A DNA stretch of 64,000 nucleotides from a virus (IMGVR_UViG_3300024999_000068:22551-86550); one strand, 5' to 3'; positions 21,382 through 30,828 are shown, counted from the stretch's first letter. The notes: a model not told the origin generated them from the letters alone. Translations and numbers: made by a program.

Positions 21382-21759
21382 ATGGATAATATAATTATGG
21401 AAGAGGTGTTAAATGTGGATGAGAATGATTTTAAAGAGGTTAAAGAGGTGTTGGATAGTCATGGTTGCAGAATTGGTAAACTTGAAATCGATAGTGAAGT
21501 TATGAAAGAACGCTGGGGAAACATAACTTCTCAATTAACAAGAATTGAAAATAGTTCATTGACTGGTAATAATGCCTTGTTAGCAAGCAATAATGCTGTT
21601 TTATCAACTTTAAACAAAGTAATAGAAGGGAAAGCAACTCAATCAACAAATAACAAAGATATAATTATTAAAATAGTAACTATAGGTGGTTCAATTATTA
21701 CTTTATTTATTTTGGGATATTTTGCTTTAAAAGGTGTAGATGTAAGTATTATTAAATAA
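21382..21759 (+). CDS. Holin-like/XhlA-type lysis protein (coiled coil + C-terminal TM helix)
   Basis: In lysis cassette; single C-terminal hydrophobic helix. Confidence 0.6.
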   Translation: MDNIIMEEVLNVDENDFKEVKEVLDSHGCRIGKLEIDSEVMKERWGNITSQLTRIENSSLTGNNALLASNNAVLSTLNKVIEGKATQSTNNKDIIIKIVTIGGSIITLFILGYFALKGVDVSIIK

Positions 21760-21785
21760 AAATAAAAATAAGGAAGTGTATTTAT

Positions 21786-22139
21786 ATGGATTACAGTATT
21801 TTTAACCTTGGATTATCTCTTTTAATTTTAGCCACAATTAACATCGTCTTAGGAAGTGTCTCAGGTATTTTTAACCAACAATTTGATAAAACAAAATTCC
21901 TAAAAGGGATTGTAAAAGCATTAATTGTCGTTTTATCATTCGTAGCAGTAATATATGTTGGCTCATTGAACCCAAATATTTTGATGGTAAACGTTGATGG
22001 AAATCAAGTAAATTTATCTAATGCAACATATTTGCTTATGATGTCAGGGTATTTATATTATGGCAAAAATGTTTTGATTAAATTGTCAAGTTTTGTAAGT
22101 GGAAAATATAAAATAGACGAAACCAAAGAGGTGGAATAA
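21786..22139 (+). CDS. Holin (three predicted TM segments)
   Basis: Hydrophobic segments, FDKTKFLKGIVK motif, charged tail, next to endolysin. Confidence 0.7.
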   Translation: MDYSIFNLGLSLLILATINIVLGSVSGIFNQQFDKTKFLKGIVKALIVVLSFVAVIYVGSLNPNILMVNVDGNQVNLSNATYLLMMSGYLYYGKNVLIKLSSFVSGKYKIDETKEVE

Positions 22140-22302
22140 TAATTATGACAACTATAAAATCGGCATTAGAAAAATTAAACAAATCATACACGAATATTTG
22201 CATTACAATTTATTTTGGGTACAGGAGTATTTTACTAAAACTAAATTTGATTGAAATGTAAAATATTACTATCGACCAACAAATAACTCAAAATAAAACC
22301 TT

Positions 22303-22440
22303 TCTAAGTCTCTAAAAAACATAGGTCCTAACAATCTATCACAAAACAAATTTAAACTCAACCTATCATCATTTCTGTACATATCATAATATTACACAAC
22401 CTGAAACCATTGCTATGAGCGTGTTTCAGAGAGTGAAAAT
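22303..22440 (+). repeat. Dispersed ~140-bp imperfect repeat, copy 1
   Basis: Shares CCTAACAATCT, AAAACAAATT and TGTTTCAGA at matching spacing with 46369-46505. Confidence 0.65.
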
Positions 22441-22461
22441 ATCATAAAAATTCCAAAGTTT

Positions 22462-22491
22462 AAGAAGTCATCTTAATGGTGACTTCTTTTT
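22462..22491 (+). terminator. Rho-independent terminator closing the late region
   Basis: AAGAAGTCA...TGACTTCTT followed by T run. Confidence 0.7.
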
Positions 22492-22655
22492 GCTTTTATA
22501 ATATTAAATATAAATCCCAGAAAAGGGCCAATTTAATGGATATTTTGTGATTTTTAGGTTTTGAAAATCAAGATATAGGCTGGTTGTAGAGGTTGTCATT
22601 TATTGGCAATCTCTATTTATTATGTTAAAAAGTAAAAATATTAAATAAAGGAGAT

Positions 22656-22850
22656 ATGAATTATATGATTACTAAGGAAAAGGAATTTGTTTATATTTAT
22701 AATCAATTTCAATCACAATTCTACTTTTCTAAAGGAATCTTGCCTATCAAAGTTGGAACTGGTAGTAAAGGTGATCCATATACAATGTTTAAAAATAATG
22801 AAGATATAAAATTAGCTTTTACTGAGTGGTGTACTCGTCGTAAGAAATAA
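22656..22850 (+). CDS. Small phage protein
   Basis: 64 aa, AAGGAG RBS. Confidence 0.6.
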   Translation: MNYMITKEKEFVYIYNQFQSQFYFSKGILPIKVGTGSKGDPYTMFKNNEDIKLAFTEWCTRRKK

Positions 22851-22897
22851 TAATTCTTACATGATATGAAGAGATATGAAAGGAATAGTGAATTTAT

Positions 22898-24445
22898 GTG
22901 GAAGAGGCATCAACAAAGAAAAGTAAAGTCTATGTCAAAGATGGTATTGAAATTGCAAAAAAGATGGGACAACTTTATGTTACATATAGAAAGAAATTTA
23001 TTGAACAATATCAAGACAAAGAAAACAATGATATTAAATGTGCAGAGCGTAAATTTGCATTAAATGATTCTATGATATTAAAACATTTAACTCAAGAAAA
23101 AACGATTGGAGTATTTTCAGGAAGTATAATAACTTCATTCATGTGTTTTGATGTAGATATTAAAGATGATAAATTATGTGAGTGGGCAGTTTATAAAATA
23201 GTTAATGCTTTGCAAGATTTGGGAATAGCAGGTAAATATATTCATATTAGTATAAGTGGTTCAAAGGGATATCATATCGAAATTTTCTTTGACGAACCAG
23301 TTTATCTCAATAATATAGAAACATTATATTTAATGGTTCTTAATGAAACAGATTTACTAAATATTGATTATGGAGAAATAGAACTTAGACCATGCAAAAC
23401 AAAGACTAATAAGGTATTAGGAGTTAAATTACCTTTAGGCAAAAATCTTAAAACTAATAACACTTGTTGGTTTTGTGACTATGGTAAAGGGTTATTGCCT
23501 ATTAAGAAGTATGATTATGTTTTATCAATTGAATCAATGCCAAAAGAAATATTATTGGATATTTTAGAAAAAGAAGATGATATTACAGTAACTCCCGAAC
23601 AACAAGACAAAATTGAAGCAATTACAGAAAAACACAAACCATTATCAGAATACAAAAATAATGTTGATGAGAAATACACAGTAGAACAAATAGAAAATAT
23701 AATAACTAATGGGTTACAAATTAAAGGATCGAGGCATAATGCTTTATTCAATATTATTAAGTATTATAAACACTTAGGAGTGTCCCAAGAAGATAACAAA
23801 GAATGGGTTACTGAATGGATGCATCAACAAGATAAAACAACTTACACAACAAAATGGGAAACTGTATTATTAGATATTGAGGAAATTCTTGAATATGTCT
23901 ATACAAACAATTGTAGTTTTGTAATTAAGAATTTAAACATTGATGTTAGTATGGAAGAAATAATGGAGATTATTAAAATTAAAGGTAAGAATAATCAATT
24001 AACATTATACTCATTGCTTGTCCATAGTAAAAGATATTCTGTAAAGAGTGGGCAATTTTATATGTCTTATAATCAAATGATGGAAGTTACAGGATTAACA
24101 AAAATGACATTAATTAAAATAATACATCAGTTAGAGGATTTAAAATTGATCGTAGTTACAAGAGGAGGTAAAGCGAAATATAATACCAAATTAAATAAAC
24201 CAATCACAGATACTAATAGATATATTATAAACCTATTGGGTATAAAAACAGAAATTGAGAATGAAGTAAGTATTGCTGAATTAAAATCATTTAAAGTATG
24301 CGATAAGAATTGTGTAGGATGTTTTAATGCTTGTTTGTTTAATATGTATTCTAAGAAAGATTTAAAGGTAATATTAAGTGAAAGAAATTATAGTGAAGTA
24401 ATAAAGTATAAGGATTATTGTACTAATATTATGGTTAATGTTTAA
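22898..24445 (+). CDS. AEP-superfamily primase-polymerase (TOTE/PrimPol-like) with PriCT-like and wHTH C-terminus
   Basis: CFDVD, SGSKGYHIEIFF, ELRP, VKLPLG, GSRHNAL; C-terminal MSYNQMMEVTGL...LEDLKLI. Confidence 0.75.
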   Translation: MEEASTKKSKVYVKDGIEIAKKMGQLYVTYRKKFIEQYQDKENNDIKCAERKFALNDSMILKHLTQEKTIGVFSGSIITSFMCFDVDIKDDKLCEWAVYKIVNALQDLGIAGKYIHISISGSKGYHIEIFFDEPVYLNNIETLYLMVLNETDLLNIDYGEIELRPCKTKTNKVLGVKLPLGKNLKTNNTCWFCDYGKGLLPIKKYDYVLSIESMPKEILLDILEKEDDITVTPEQQDKIEAITEKHKPLSEYKNNVDEKYTVEQIENIITNGLQIKGSRHNALFNIIKYYKHLGVSQEDNKEWVTEWMHQQDKTTYTTKWETVLLDIEEILEYVYTNNCSFVIKNLNIDVSMEEIMEIIKIKGKNNQLTLYSLLVHSKRYSVKSGQFYMSYNQMMEVTGLTKMTLIKIIHQLEDLKLIVVTRGGKAKYNTKLNKPITDTNRYIINLLGIKTEIENEVSIAELKSFKVCDKNCVGCFNACLFNMYSKKDLKVILSERNYSEVIKYKDYCTNIMVNV

Positions 24446-24671
24446 TATAAGGTAATAAATACTAGTATTTAATCTATATCATTATAATAGTTAATCAATA
24501 GTAATAGTAAAGGTAGTAGTGAGGGACTAGGGTAACGAGGTTACGAAGAACCCAACGTGGGTTTTATATAATAACCTATTGGGTATAATATCGTCGGTTT
24601 TTTCGGAGGGGGTTTGCCCCCTTATTTTTATTCCATAAATTAATTAAAGATATGAGGAGATGTGATTAATA

Positions 24672-25235
24672 ATGATAAAGCAAATGGGGATTTATAAGAT
24701 AGAAAATAAAGTTAATAAAATGATTTATATTGGGAGTACAACTAATTTTGATAATAGAAAAAGGAAGCATATAGATGATTTAAAGAATGGCGCACATTGT
24801 AATTTTAAACTACAAAATGACTATGATAAATATGGCGAGAATAATTTCAATTTCTTCTTTTTCAATATGGTAGAAAATAGAGATTCTTTAGAAAGAGAAG
24901 AAGAGGATGAAATTAATGCTTACTTAAAAATAATGGGAAGAGAATATATTTACAATATAAACTTAACTCCTAGTATAGATTTTAAAGATATAGATAGAAA
25001 AGAATTTAATTATCAGATGGTTAAGGATAATTCATGTAAATATTGTGATGATGTTTCAGGAGATGTTCTTGTTTCAAATGAAAATAATATAATTAGAGAA
25101 GATGAAGAATATTGGGTTTATATTCAAGATAATTTAATGATATTGTTGGAAGCAGACGATGGTGGTTCAAGTTATCTTGGGGATAAAGTAATTAATTATT
25201 GTCCAATGTGTGGAAGAAAATTATATAGTAAGTAA
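24672..25235 (+). CDS. GIY-YIG endonuclease
   Basis: GIYKIEN....IYIGST.....R...H...L...H.N..LQ. Confidence 0.8.
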   Translation: MIKQMGIYKIENKVNKMIYIGSTTNFDNRKRKHIDDLKNGAHCNFKLQNDYDKYGENNFNFFFFNMVENRDSLEREEEDEINAYLKIMGREYIYNINLTPSIDFKDIDRKEFNYQMVKDNSCKYCDDVSGDVLVSNENNIIREDEEYWVYIQDNLMILLEADDGGSSYLGDKVINYCPMCGRKLYSK

Positions 25236-25409
25236 GTTCTATGCAAACCAATAAATAAAATTCCACATGACATAAATCTATAAATAATGTTACAATATAT
25301 TTGTAAGTGATTAAGTAATTCACTTTCAACCTCACTTACACTCTCTTTCATCCTAAGAGGTAATCTTTTTGTAATGAAAGGATTATCTCTATTTTTCCAA
25401 CTTTTCCTT

Positions 25410-25438
25410 TTGACTTTGTATGACTTGTACACTATAAT
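25410..25438 (+). promoter_or_regulatory. Sigma-A promoter
   Basis: TTGACT-17-TATAAT. Confidence 0.75.
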
Positions 25439-25471
25439 TATCTAATAAACCAATTAGGAGAGATTATTATA

Positions 25472-25981
25472 ATGGAAAAGATTAAAAATGAATTCTTCTA
25501 TACAGAAGATATGTATAAAGAGTATTGTAAACTTAAATCTAATATAGCGAGTGATGGAAATGGAGTTAAGCATCACTGGATATTATCAAGATGTTCTTTA
25601 AATAAATGGATTAAAAAGAATAAAATATCTGAACATATGCTATTGAGAATGAAAATGCGAATAAAACAAGAACGTGAAGTAAAATTAGAAAAAGTTACTG
25701 AAACCAATACTAAAGAAGACGATGCTGAAATTTATGAATTTGCATTAGAAATCTTTAATATGAAAGTTAATTCTACTATTGATTGGGAATATGGAAAAGT
25801 AGATTCAGATATATTAATGGGAATAAAGAAATTATGGATGTTTGATTGCTTATTGATTATGTCTGCGTCATATGGTGGAGGTTTTGATAGTATTTTATGG
25901 ATAAATAGAGATACCAAACCTAGAGATATTTATAAGTGGTTGATGGACACTTATATAGAACCTGTAATAAATCCAACATAA
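25472..25981 (+). CDS. Hypothetical early protein
   Basis: 169 aa, AGGAG RBS, own promoter. Confidence 0.6.
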   Translation: MEKIKNEFFYTEDMYKEYCKLKSNIASDGNGVKHHWILSRCSLNKWIKKNKISEHMLLRMKMRIKQEREVKLEKVTETNTKEDDAEIYEFALEIFNMKVNSTIDWEYGKVDSDILMGIKKLWMFDCLLIMSASYGGGFDSILWINRDTKPRDIYKWLMDTYIEPVINPT

Positions 25982-26002
25982 TTACCTTCTATCTATTACC
26001 TT

Positions 26003-26031
26003 TTGACAATCATATACTCTTCCTCTATAAT
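26003..26031 (+). promoter_or_regulatory. Perfect consensus sigma-A promoter
   Basis: TTGACA-17-TATAAT. Confidence 0.85.
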
Positions 26032-26054
26032 TAGTATAATAGGAGAGTGATTAA

Positions 26055-26726
26055 ATGATTATTTTGGATGATAATAAAGTACAATTTACCGTACAAAGAC
26101 AAAAACACATTATTGGAGGTAAACTATTTCCTGTTTCATCAAAAAGTAAACTCCAAGTATTTAACTCTGAATATACAGAAGAATTAGATAAAACTGATCC
26201 TAATATTCTTAGATTTACTAAACTTGTAAATCAATGTAAATTTGAAATGGGAGATGCTTATACAAGTTCTGATATTATTCTTCAAATTGCAGATGCGATA
26301 AATTTAGAAGCAAAATTCTTTTCTGGTTGGTTGATTTATCCTTTTAGCAACACATTCCCTACTCATCATGCTTGGACAGTAATTAATGGGAGTAGAGTTG
26401 TAGATGCGATGCAATTCCCTGAAGAAATTGATATTATGATGAAAACTGATATGACTGATCCTGATTTCAAGAGGAAACTTGCTGTTAAAATTGCTGAAAT
26501 ACGGAAGAAAGAAAAACCTCTTTCTGAATCATGTTTCTTCGGTAAAATTAATTATGATTGGGTTTATTATGTTGGGAGTCCTGATACTTCAGAAAATGCA
26601 AAAAGGATATTTAGAGAATTAATTTCAAAATATCCTAATCATCCTTCTTATATTCGTAAAGGGGTAAGAGAGTCAAATGGCAGAACTGAATTACAAAATT
26701 TAATTAATAAGGAAATGGGAGAGTGA
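26055..26726 (+). CDS. Hypothetical protein, possible transglutaminase/papain-like fold
   Basis: HHAWTV.NG..VVDA motif. Confidence 0.45.
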   Translation: MIILDDNKVQFTVQRQKHIIGGKLFPVSSKSKLQVFNSEYTEELDKTDPNILRFTKLVNQCKFEMGDAYTSSDIILQIADAINLEAKFFSGWLIYPFSNTFPTHHAWTVINGSRVVDAMQFPEEIDIMMKTDMTDPDFKRKLAVKIAEIRKKEKPLSESCFFGKINYDWVYYVGSPDTSENAKRIFRELISKYPNHPSYIRKGVRESNGRTELQNLINKEMGE

Positions 26727-26732
26727 GGAAAT

Positions 26733-27203
26733 ATGAACTCTGAAGAACTATGTGAAGAATGCATTGATAAAGAGGATTTAACTATCAAAGTAAACGAGCT
26801 TTCTAAATTGATATATGATGAAACAGTTCAAGTAGTATTTGATTTCGGATATTTACAAATAGAAGATGGAATTGGTGAATGTGAAATCTGTTTATCGGAA
26901 CTATATAGAGATAAATTATATATCCGTATAAAAAGATATGAAGAAGAAACTATGCAACCTTCTTATAAAAACTCTACTATTGAAATTAAAAGTAATCAAA
27001 TTAGTGATATTGATATTCACTCTGAAGAATTTAAAGATGGTTTCAAATGCATAGCAACTATCTATTTAATAAACCCAGATCACGATGTGACATTTTACTT
27101 AGTAGGAGATACTATAAAAGATCAGGAAAAACGTCCCAATAAATTTTATGAGATGTATAAAGAAGATATTATAGAATTTCATAACTCTAAAAATGAGTCG
27201 TAA
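26733..27203 (+). CDS. Hypothetical acidic protein
   Basis: 156 aa, GAGG RBS, coupled to the upstream gene. Confidence 0.6.
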   Translation: MNSEELCEECIDKEDLTIKVNELSKLIYDETVQVVFDFGYLQIEDGIGECEICLSELYRDKLYIRIKRYEEETMQPSYKNSTIEIKSNQISDIDIHSEEFKDGFKCIATIYLINPDHDVTFYLVGDTIKDQEKRPNKFYEMYKEDIIEFHNSKNES

Positions 27204-27280
27204 TGTAGTAATAAGAAGGTGGGGAAGTAACTTTCCCTTTCTCTCTTTTCCTCCATGTAAATATAAAAATAAAATTATAC

Positions 27281-27309
27281 TTGACAATATAAATTGCTAG
27301 TGGTATAGT
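27281..27309 (+). promoter_or_regulatory. Sigma-A promoter
   Basis: TTGACA-17-TATAGT with TG extension. Confidence 0.75.
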
Positions 27310-27501
27310 TAGGACAAGAGAAAGCGAGGTGAGGAAATATATGATTGTAACCGATACATAACTGATACATAAACTACAAACTACAAAATTCACAAGTGTC
27401 TATAAAGACAAAAATAAAAGTATTACGTTATTAACTCCTTACCTACCAAGGATTAATATAAATAGGGTTGTGACCTACACTAAATTAGAAAGGGGCAAAT
27501 T

Positions 27502-28062
27502 ATGTCTAAAAATATTAATATTGAAACTCAAGTTCAACTCGATGAAAAAAGTCACACTATTCTCAATGAGAAATTAAAAACCTTCAATTTAGACAGTGAT
27601 ATGAATTATGCCGTAGCAGTTCTGAAAATATTTATTACAAATTCAGAATCAAAGAAATATAATAAGTTAGCTGTTAACGTTGTGCCTAAAGTACAATTTG
27701 TTGTACCATTTGTTTCAAAAATATTAGCAACTGAATATATGAAGGAATTGTCTCAGAAAAACAAATTAATGATGTTTCTTCATGTTGAAAAAGGCAATAT
27801 TGTTGTAAAAGATGAAGATATTGATTTAGCTATTAATAATTTATTAAATACATCAACAAGTCCAGAAATAGAATATGAAGAAATATCTAGATTAAGTTTA
27901 TTCAATCTTATTGCCTATAATTGGATGAATTTTTCAGAACAAGAAAAAGATGAATATGCTTATAAGTTGGGAGGATTGAACGGGCATTATCATATACGAG
28001 CATTACTTGATAAGTGGGAGTTTAGTCCTGAGTTTGAGAAAGAAGTAGTAAACTATATATAA
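27502..28062 (+). CDS. Hypothetical protein
   Basis: 186 aa, AAAGGGG RBS. Confidence 0.6.
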   Translation: MSKNINIETQVQLDEKSHTILNEKLKTFNLDSDMNYAVAVLKIFITNSESKKYNKLAVNVVPKVQFVVPFVSKILATEYMKELSQKNKLMMFLHVEKGNIVVKDEDIDLAINNLLNTSTSPEIEYEEISRLSLFNLIAYNWMNFSEQEKDEYAYKLGGLNGHYHIRALLDKWEFSPEFEKEVVNYI

Positions 28063-28150
28063 AATTTATTAAATATGGTTAGCAATATCTACTGTGGTGG
28101 GCAGTAGATAATATATAAGATTAAATAAATATTAGAAAGAGGTTGTAAAA

Positions 28151-28501
28151 ATGGAATTTACAAAAGTCATTAAGCATGAAATCAGTGGAGTTTATGGAAA
28201 TGTTACATATGGAGATCTTAATTTAAATGGAGAATATTATCCTTCTAGGTATAATTCAGAAGAAAGAAGTATTGATACAGAAGAAACTATTTCTCAAACA
28301 GATGAATTAAATGGGTTGCCAGAAGGTATAAGTATGAATGATTATTTCAATATGGCATTATTACAAAGATTAGATAGTATTGAAAAGAATATTAAGGGTT
28401 TACAAAATGTTTCTGTAAATATTACATTAGATAATATTTCAAATGAACTTCTTGTTAAATTGGCATCACTTATTTGTGGAGAGAGTGTAAAGATAAAATA
28501 G
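28151..28501 (+). CDS. Hypothetical protein
   Basis: 116 aa, AGAGGT RBS. Confidence 0.6.
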   Translation: MEFTKVIKHEISGVYGNVTYGDLNLNGEYYPSRYNSEERSIDTEETISQTDELNGLPEGISMNDYFNMALLQRLDSIEKNIKGLQNVSVNITLDNISNELLVKLASLICGESVKIK

Positions 28502-28510
28502 AGTATCTTT

Positions 28511-28746
28511 GACTAACCCATAGCAGAGGGGCTTATACTCTGCTAGTTAATAAAGGCAGACTTAGTGGCCTAAAATCGAAGAAGGGTTTGTAAATCCTTA
28601 TTTATAAGGTTGAATTGCTCTCGATGAGGTAATGGGAGTTATGCGAATGTGAACTATACATAAAAAATATTAAGATATTCGCACCTATTGAAACTGCTGG
28701 CACAAATACCGTCAGCACATCTTATATGTATATGCAAAATTGCAAC
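28511..28746 (+). ncRNA. tracrRNA of type V-F (Cas12f1) system; 5' boundary approximate
   Basis: Ends in a 30-nt anti-repeat (28717-28746) perfectly complementary to 28812-28841; CTCGATGAGGT-stem-GAAACTGCTGGCACAAATACCGTCAGC parallels the AsCas12f1 tracrRNA as recalled; loop CTTATA of the 5' hairpin can pair with repeat end TGTAAG. Confidence 0.78.
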
Positions 28747-28811
28747 AATTTAATATGTTCGCACTTTATGCGGTTGCAAGGGTTGGTATGATAGGGAATT
28801 GGTGTTGGATG

Positions 28812-28955
28812 GTTGCAATTTTGCATATACATATAAGATGTAATTTTCTTTCAAAATTTATTTTATTGGTTGAATTTTCATATATGTAAAGATGTAAGTG
28901 ACAAGGGATTTTTGACGCTAGTTACCGTAATATTTGTATATATTAAAAATGTAAG
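28812..28955 (+). CRISPR. Degenerate mini-array, 3 repeats
   Basis: R1 GTTGCAATTTTGCATATACATATAAGATGTAAT 28812-28844; R2 GTTGAATTTTCATATATGTAAAGATGTAAG 28869-28898; R3 ...GTAATATTTGTATATATTAAAAATGTAAG ending 28955; spacers ~24 and ~22-28 nt. Confidence 0.7.
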
Positions 28956-29007
28956 TTATATCTTTTGTTTGTCTTTGTATAAAATAATTATAAAAAGGAT
29001 GATATAA

Positions 29008-30327
29008 ATGAACAAATGTGTAAAAATTGAAATAAAGAATTATTTTAATTATAAACAAGTGCTTAGAGATTTAAGATATCAATCTTGGTTAGCTTGTAAC
29101 AAGGCAATGATATATTATTATACATTTAACTTAGAAAAAATAGAGTATAAGAACCTAAACGGTATTAATATAGATGAAAAAAATAAATTTGGTAAATCTT
29201 ATATGACATGGGTAGAAGATCATATGAAAAAAGTTATGAATATACATAATACCAGAAATATATCTCAAACAAATCAATTTGTTTCCAAAAGATTTAAATC
29301 AGATATTAAAAAAGGATTATTTAAGGGGCAAGTGCTCTTATCAAACTTTAAACAAAATATTCCTATACTCTTAAAAAATGATAATTATAAAATTATACAA
29401 GGTAATAAAGGGTTTGAAGTTAAATGTAGTTTATTTAATACATCATATCAAAAAGAAAACGATATAAAACAAGTTAATTTCACTATTAATACATTAGATA
29501 CTAGTAAAAAATCAATCTTAAATAGACTAATATCAGGCGAATATAAACAAGGATCAGCACAAATCATTGAAGATAAAAAAGGGAAGTGGTACTTAATAAT
29601 CAGTTTTAGTTTTGAACCAGTTGTAAGACAGTTGGATATGAATAAAGTATTAGGGGTTGACTTAGGAATTGTAAATACAGCAACAATGCAAGTATTTGAT
29701 ATAGTTACTGAAAAATGGGATAGAATATCATGGAAAGAAAGTAAAATCAATGGTAGCGAGTTAATTCATTATAGGCAAAAGATTGAAGCAAGAAATAAAC
29801 AAATGTATATTGCCAGTAAAATAGTTGGTAATGGCAGGATAGGACATGGTAGAAAAGTTAGATTGAAACCAGTAGAGAAAACTAGAGATAAGGTTAGTAA
29901 ATTTAGAGATACATATAACCATAAAGTTAGCAAAAATATAGTTGATACTGCATTAAAATACAATTGTGGAACTATTCAAATGGAGAATCTAAGTGGATTT
30001 TCTGAACAACAGTCAGAGAAATTTTTAAAAAATTGGTCATATTTTGATTTACAGACTAAAGTTAAATATAAATGTGAAGAAAAGGGTATTAAATTTATCT
30101 TGATTGACCCAAAATACACTAGTCAAAGATGTAGTCATTGTGGATGTATTGATTCTGCTAATAGGGATTGTAAGGGCAATCAGGCTAAATTTAAATGTGT
30201 TACATGTGGACATGAAGAGAATGCAGATATAAATGCTGCAAAGAATATTAGTATTCCAATGATTGATAGTATTATTATAGAGTGGTTGAAGATGATGAGT
30301 AAATTTAAGGATAAGAAGGTTGGTTAA
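29008..30327 (+). CDS. cas12f: Cas12f1-like (type V-F, TnpB-derived) RNA-guided nuclease, 439 aa
   Basis: RuvC triad GVDLG / IQMENL / NADINAA; Zn ribbon CSHC..CVTC; co-linear with AsCas12f1 as recalled (SGEY..SAQII, KWYL.IS..FEP, GHGR..R.KP.E..RDK...FRDT.NH, FL.NW.Y.DLQ). Confidence 0.85.
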   Translation: MNKCVKIEIKNYFNYKQVLRDLRYQSWLACNKAMIYYYTFNLEKIEYKNLNGINIDEKNKFGKSYMTWVEDHMKKVMNIHNTRNISQTNQFVSKRFKSDIKKGLFKGQVLLSNFKQNIPILLKNDNYKIIQGNKGFEVKCSLFNTSYQKENDIKQVNFTINTLDTSKKSILNRLISGEYKQGSAQIIEDKKGKWYLIISFSFEPVVRQLDMNKVLGVDLGIVNTATMQVFDIVTEKWDRISWKESKINGSELIHYRQKIEARNKQMYIASKIVGNGRIGHGRKVRLKPVEKTRDKVSKFRDTYNHKVSKNIVDTALKYNCGTIQMENLSGFSEQQSEKFLKNWSYFDLQTKVKYKCEEKGIKFILIDPKYTSQRCSHCGCIDSANRDCKGNQAKFKCVTCGHEENADINAAKNISIPMIDSIIIEWLKMMSKFKDKKVG

Positions 30328-30362
30328 TTAATTTTAAATCAAAGAGAATAAGGAGATTTAGA

Positions 30363-30808
30363 ATGATATATTTGGAAGGTTATTTTGATGGAAGTGTAAA
30401 AAATAACAAATCAATTTATGCTTGGATTTACACAGTATACAAAAAGAAAAATTTAAACCAAAAATATTATTAAAAACAGAAAGTGGATGGGATTTTTGCT
30501 TCAATGCTAGTGTTTATGAAACTGAGTATTTAGGATTAATTAGTTTATTAGATTATATTATTCATAATGAACAATATATTGTAGAAAGAATTTTAATAAA
30601 AGGAGATTGTAAAAGTGTTTTTATTACAATTAATCCTGTCAGATACAGATTGAAAAAATCTTTTAATGAATATATATTGTTGGCAAGAGAATTAAAAGAT
30701 AAGTTGCATTTAAAGTATTTAATACCGATTGAACTTAATTGGGTTCCTAGAGGAGGTAATAAACCTGCTGATAATTTATGTAAATATGTTTGGAAGAATA
30801 TAATGTGA
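30363..30808 (+). pseudogene. RNase H-like gene split by a -1 frameshift (pseudogene, recoding site or sequence error)
   Basis: ATG 30363 gives MIYLEGYFDGS... and stops after 36 codons; -1 frame carries E.EYLGL, IKGDCK, WVPRGGNKPAD. Confidence 0.65.
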
Positions 30809-30828
30809 ATATAAATTTCTAAGTAAGG

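Noticed and set aside
28845-28980. Self-targeting spacers (partial matches near 27400 and 30489)
   Set aside because: Only short AT-rich matches, expected by chance; no full protospacer seen by eye
29008-30327. IS200/IS605/IS607 transposon TnpB
   Set aside because: No tnpA or serine recombinase and no recognisable ends; upstream tracr/repeat structure fits Cas12f better
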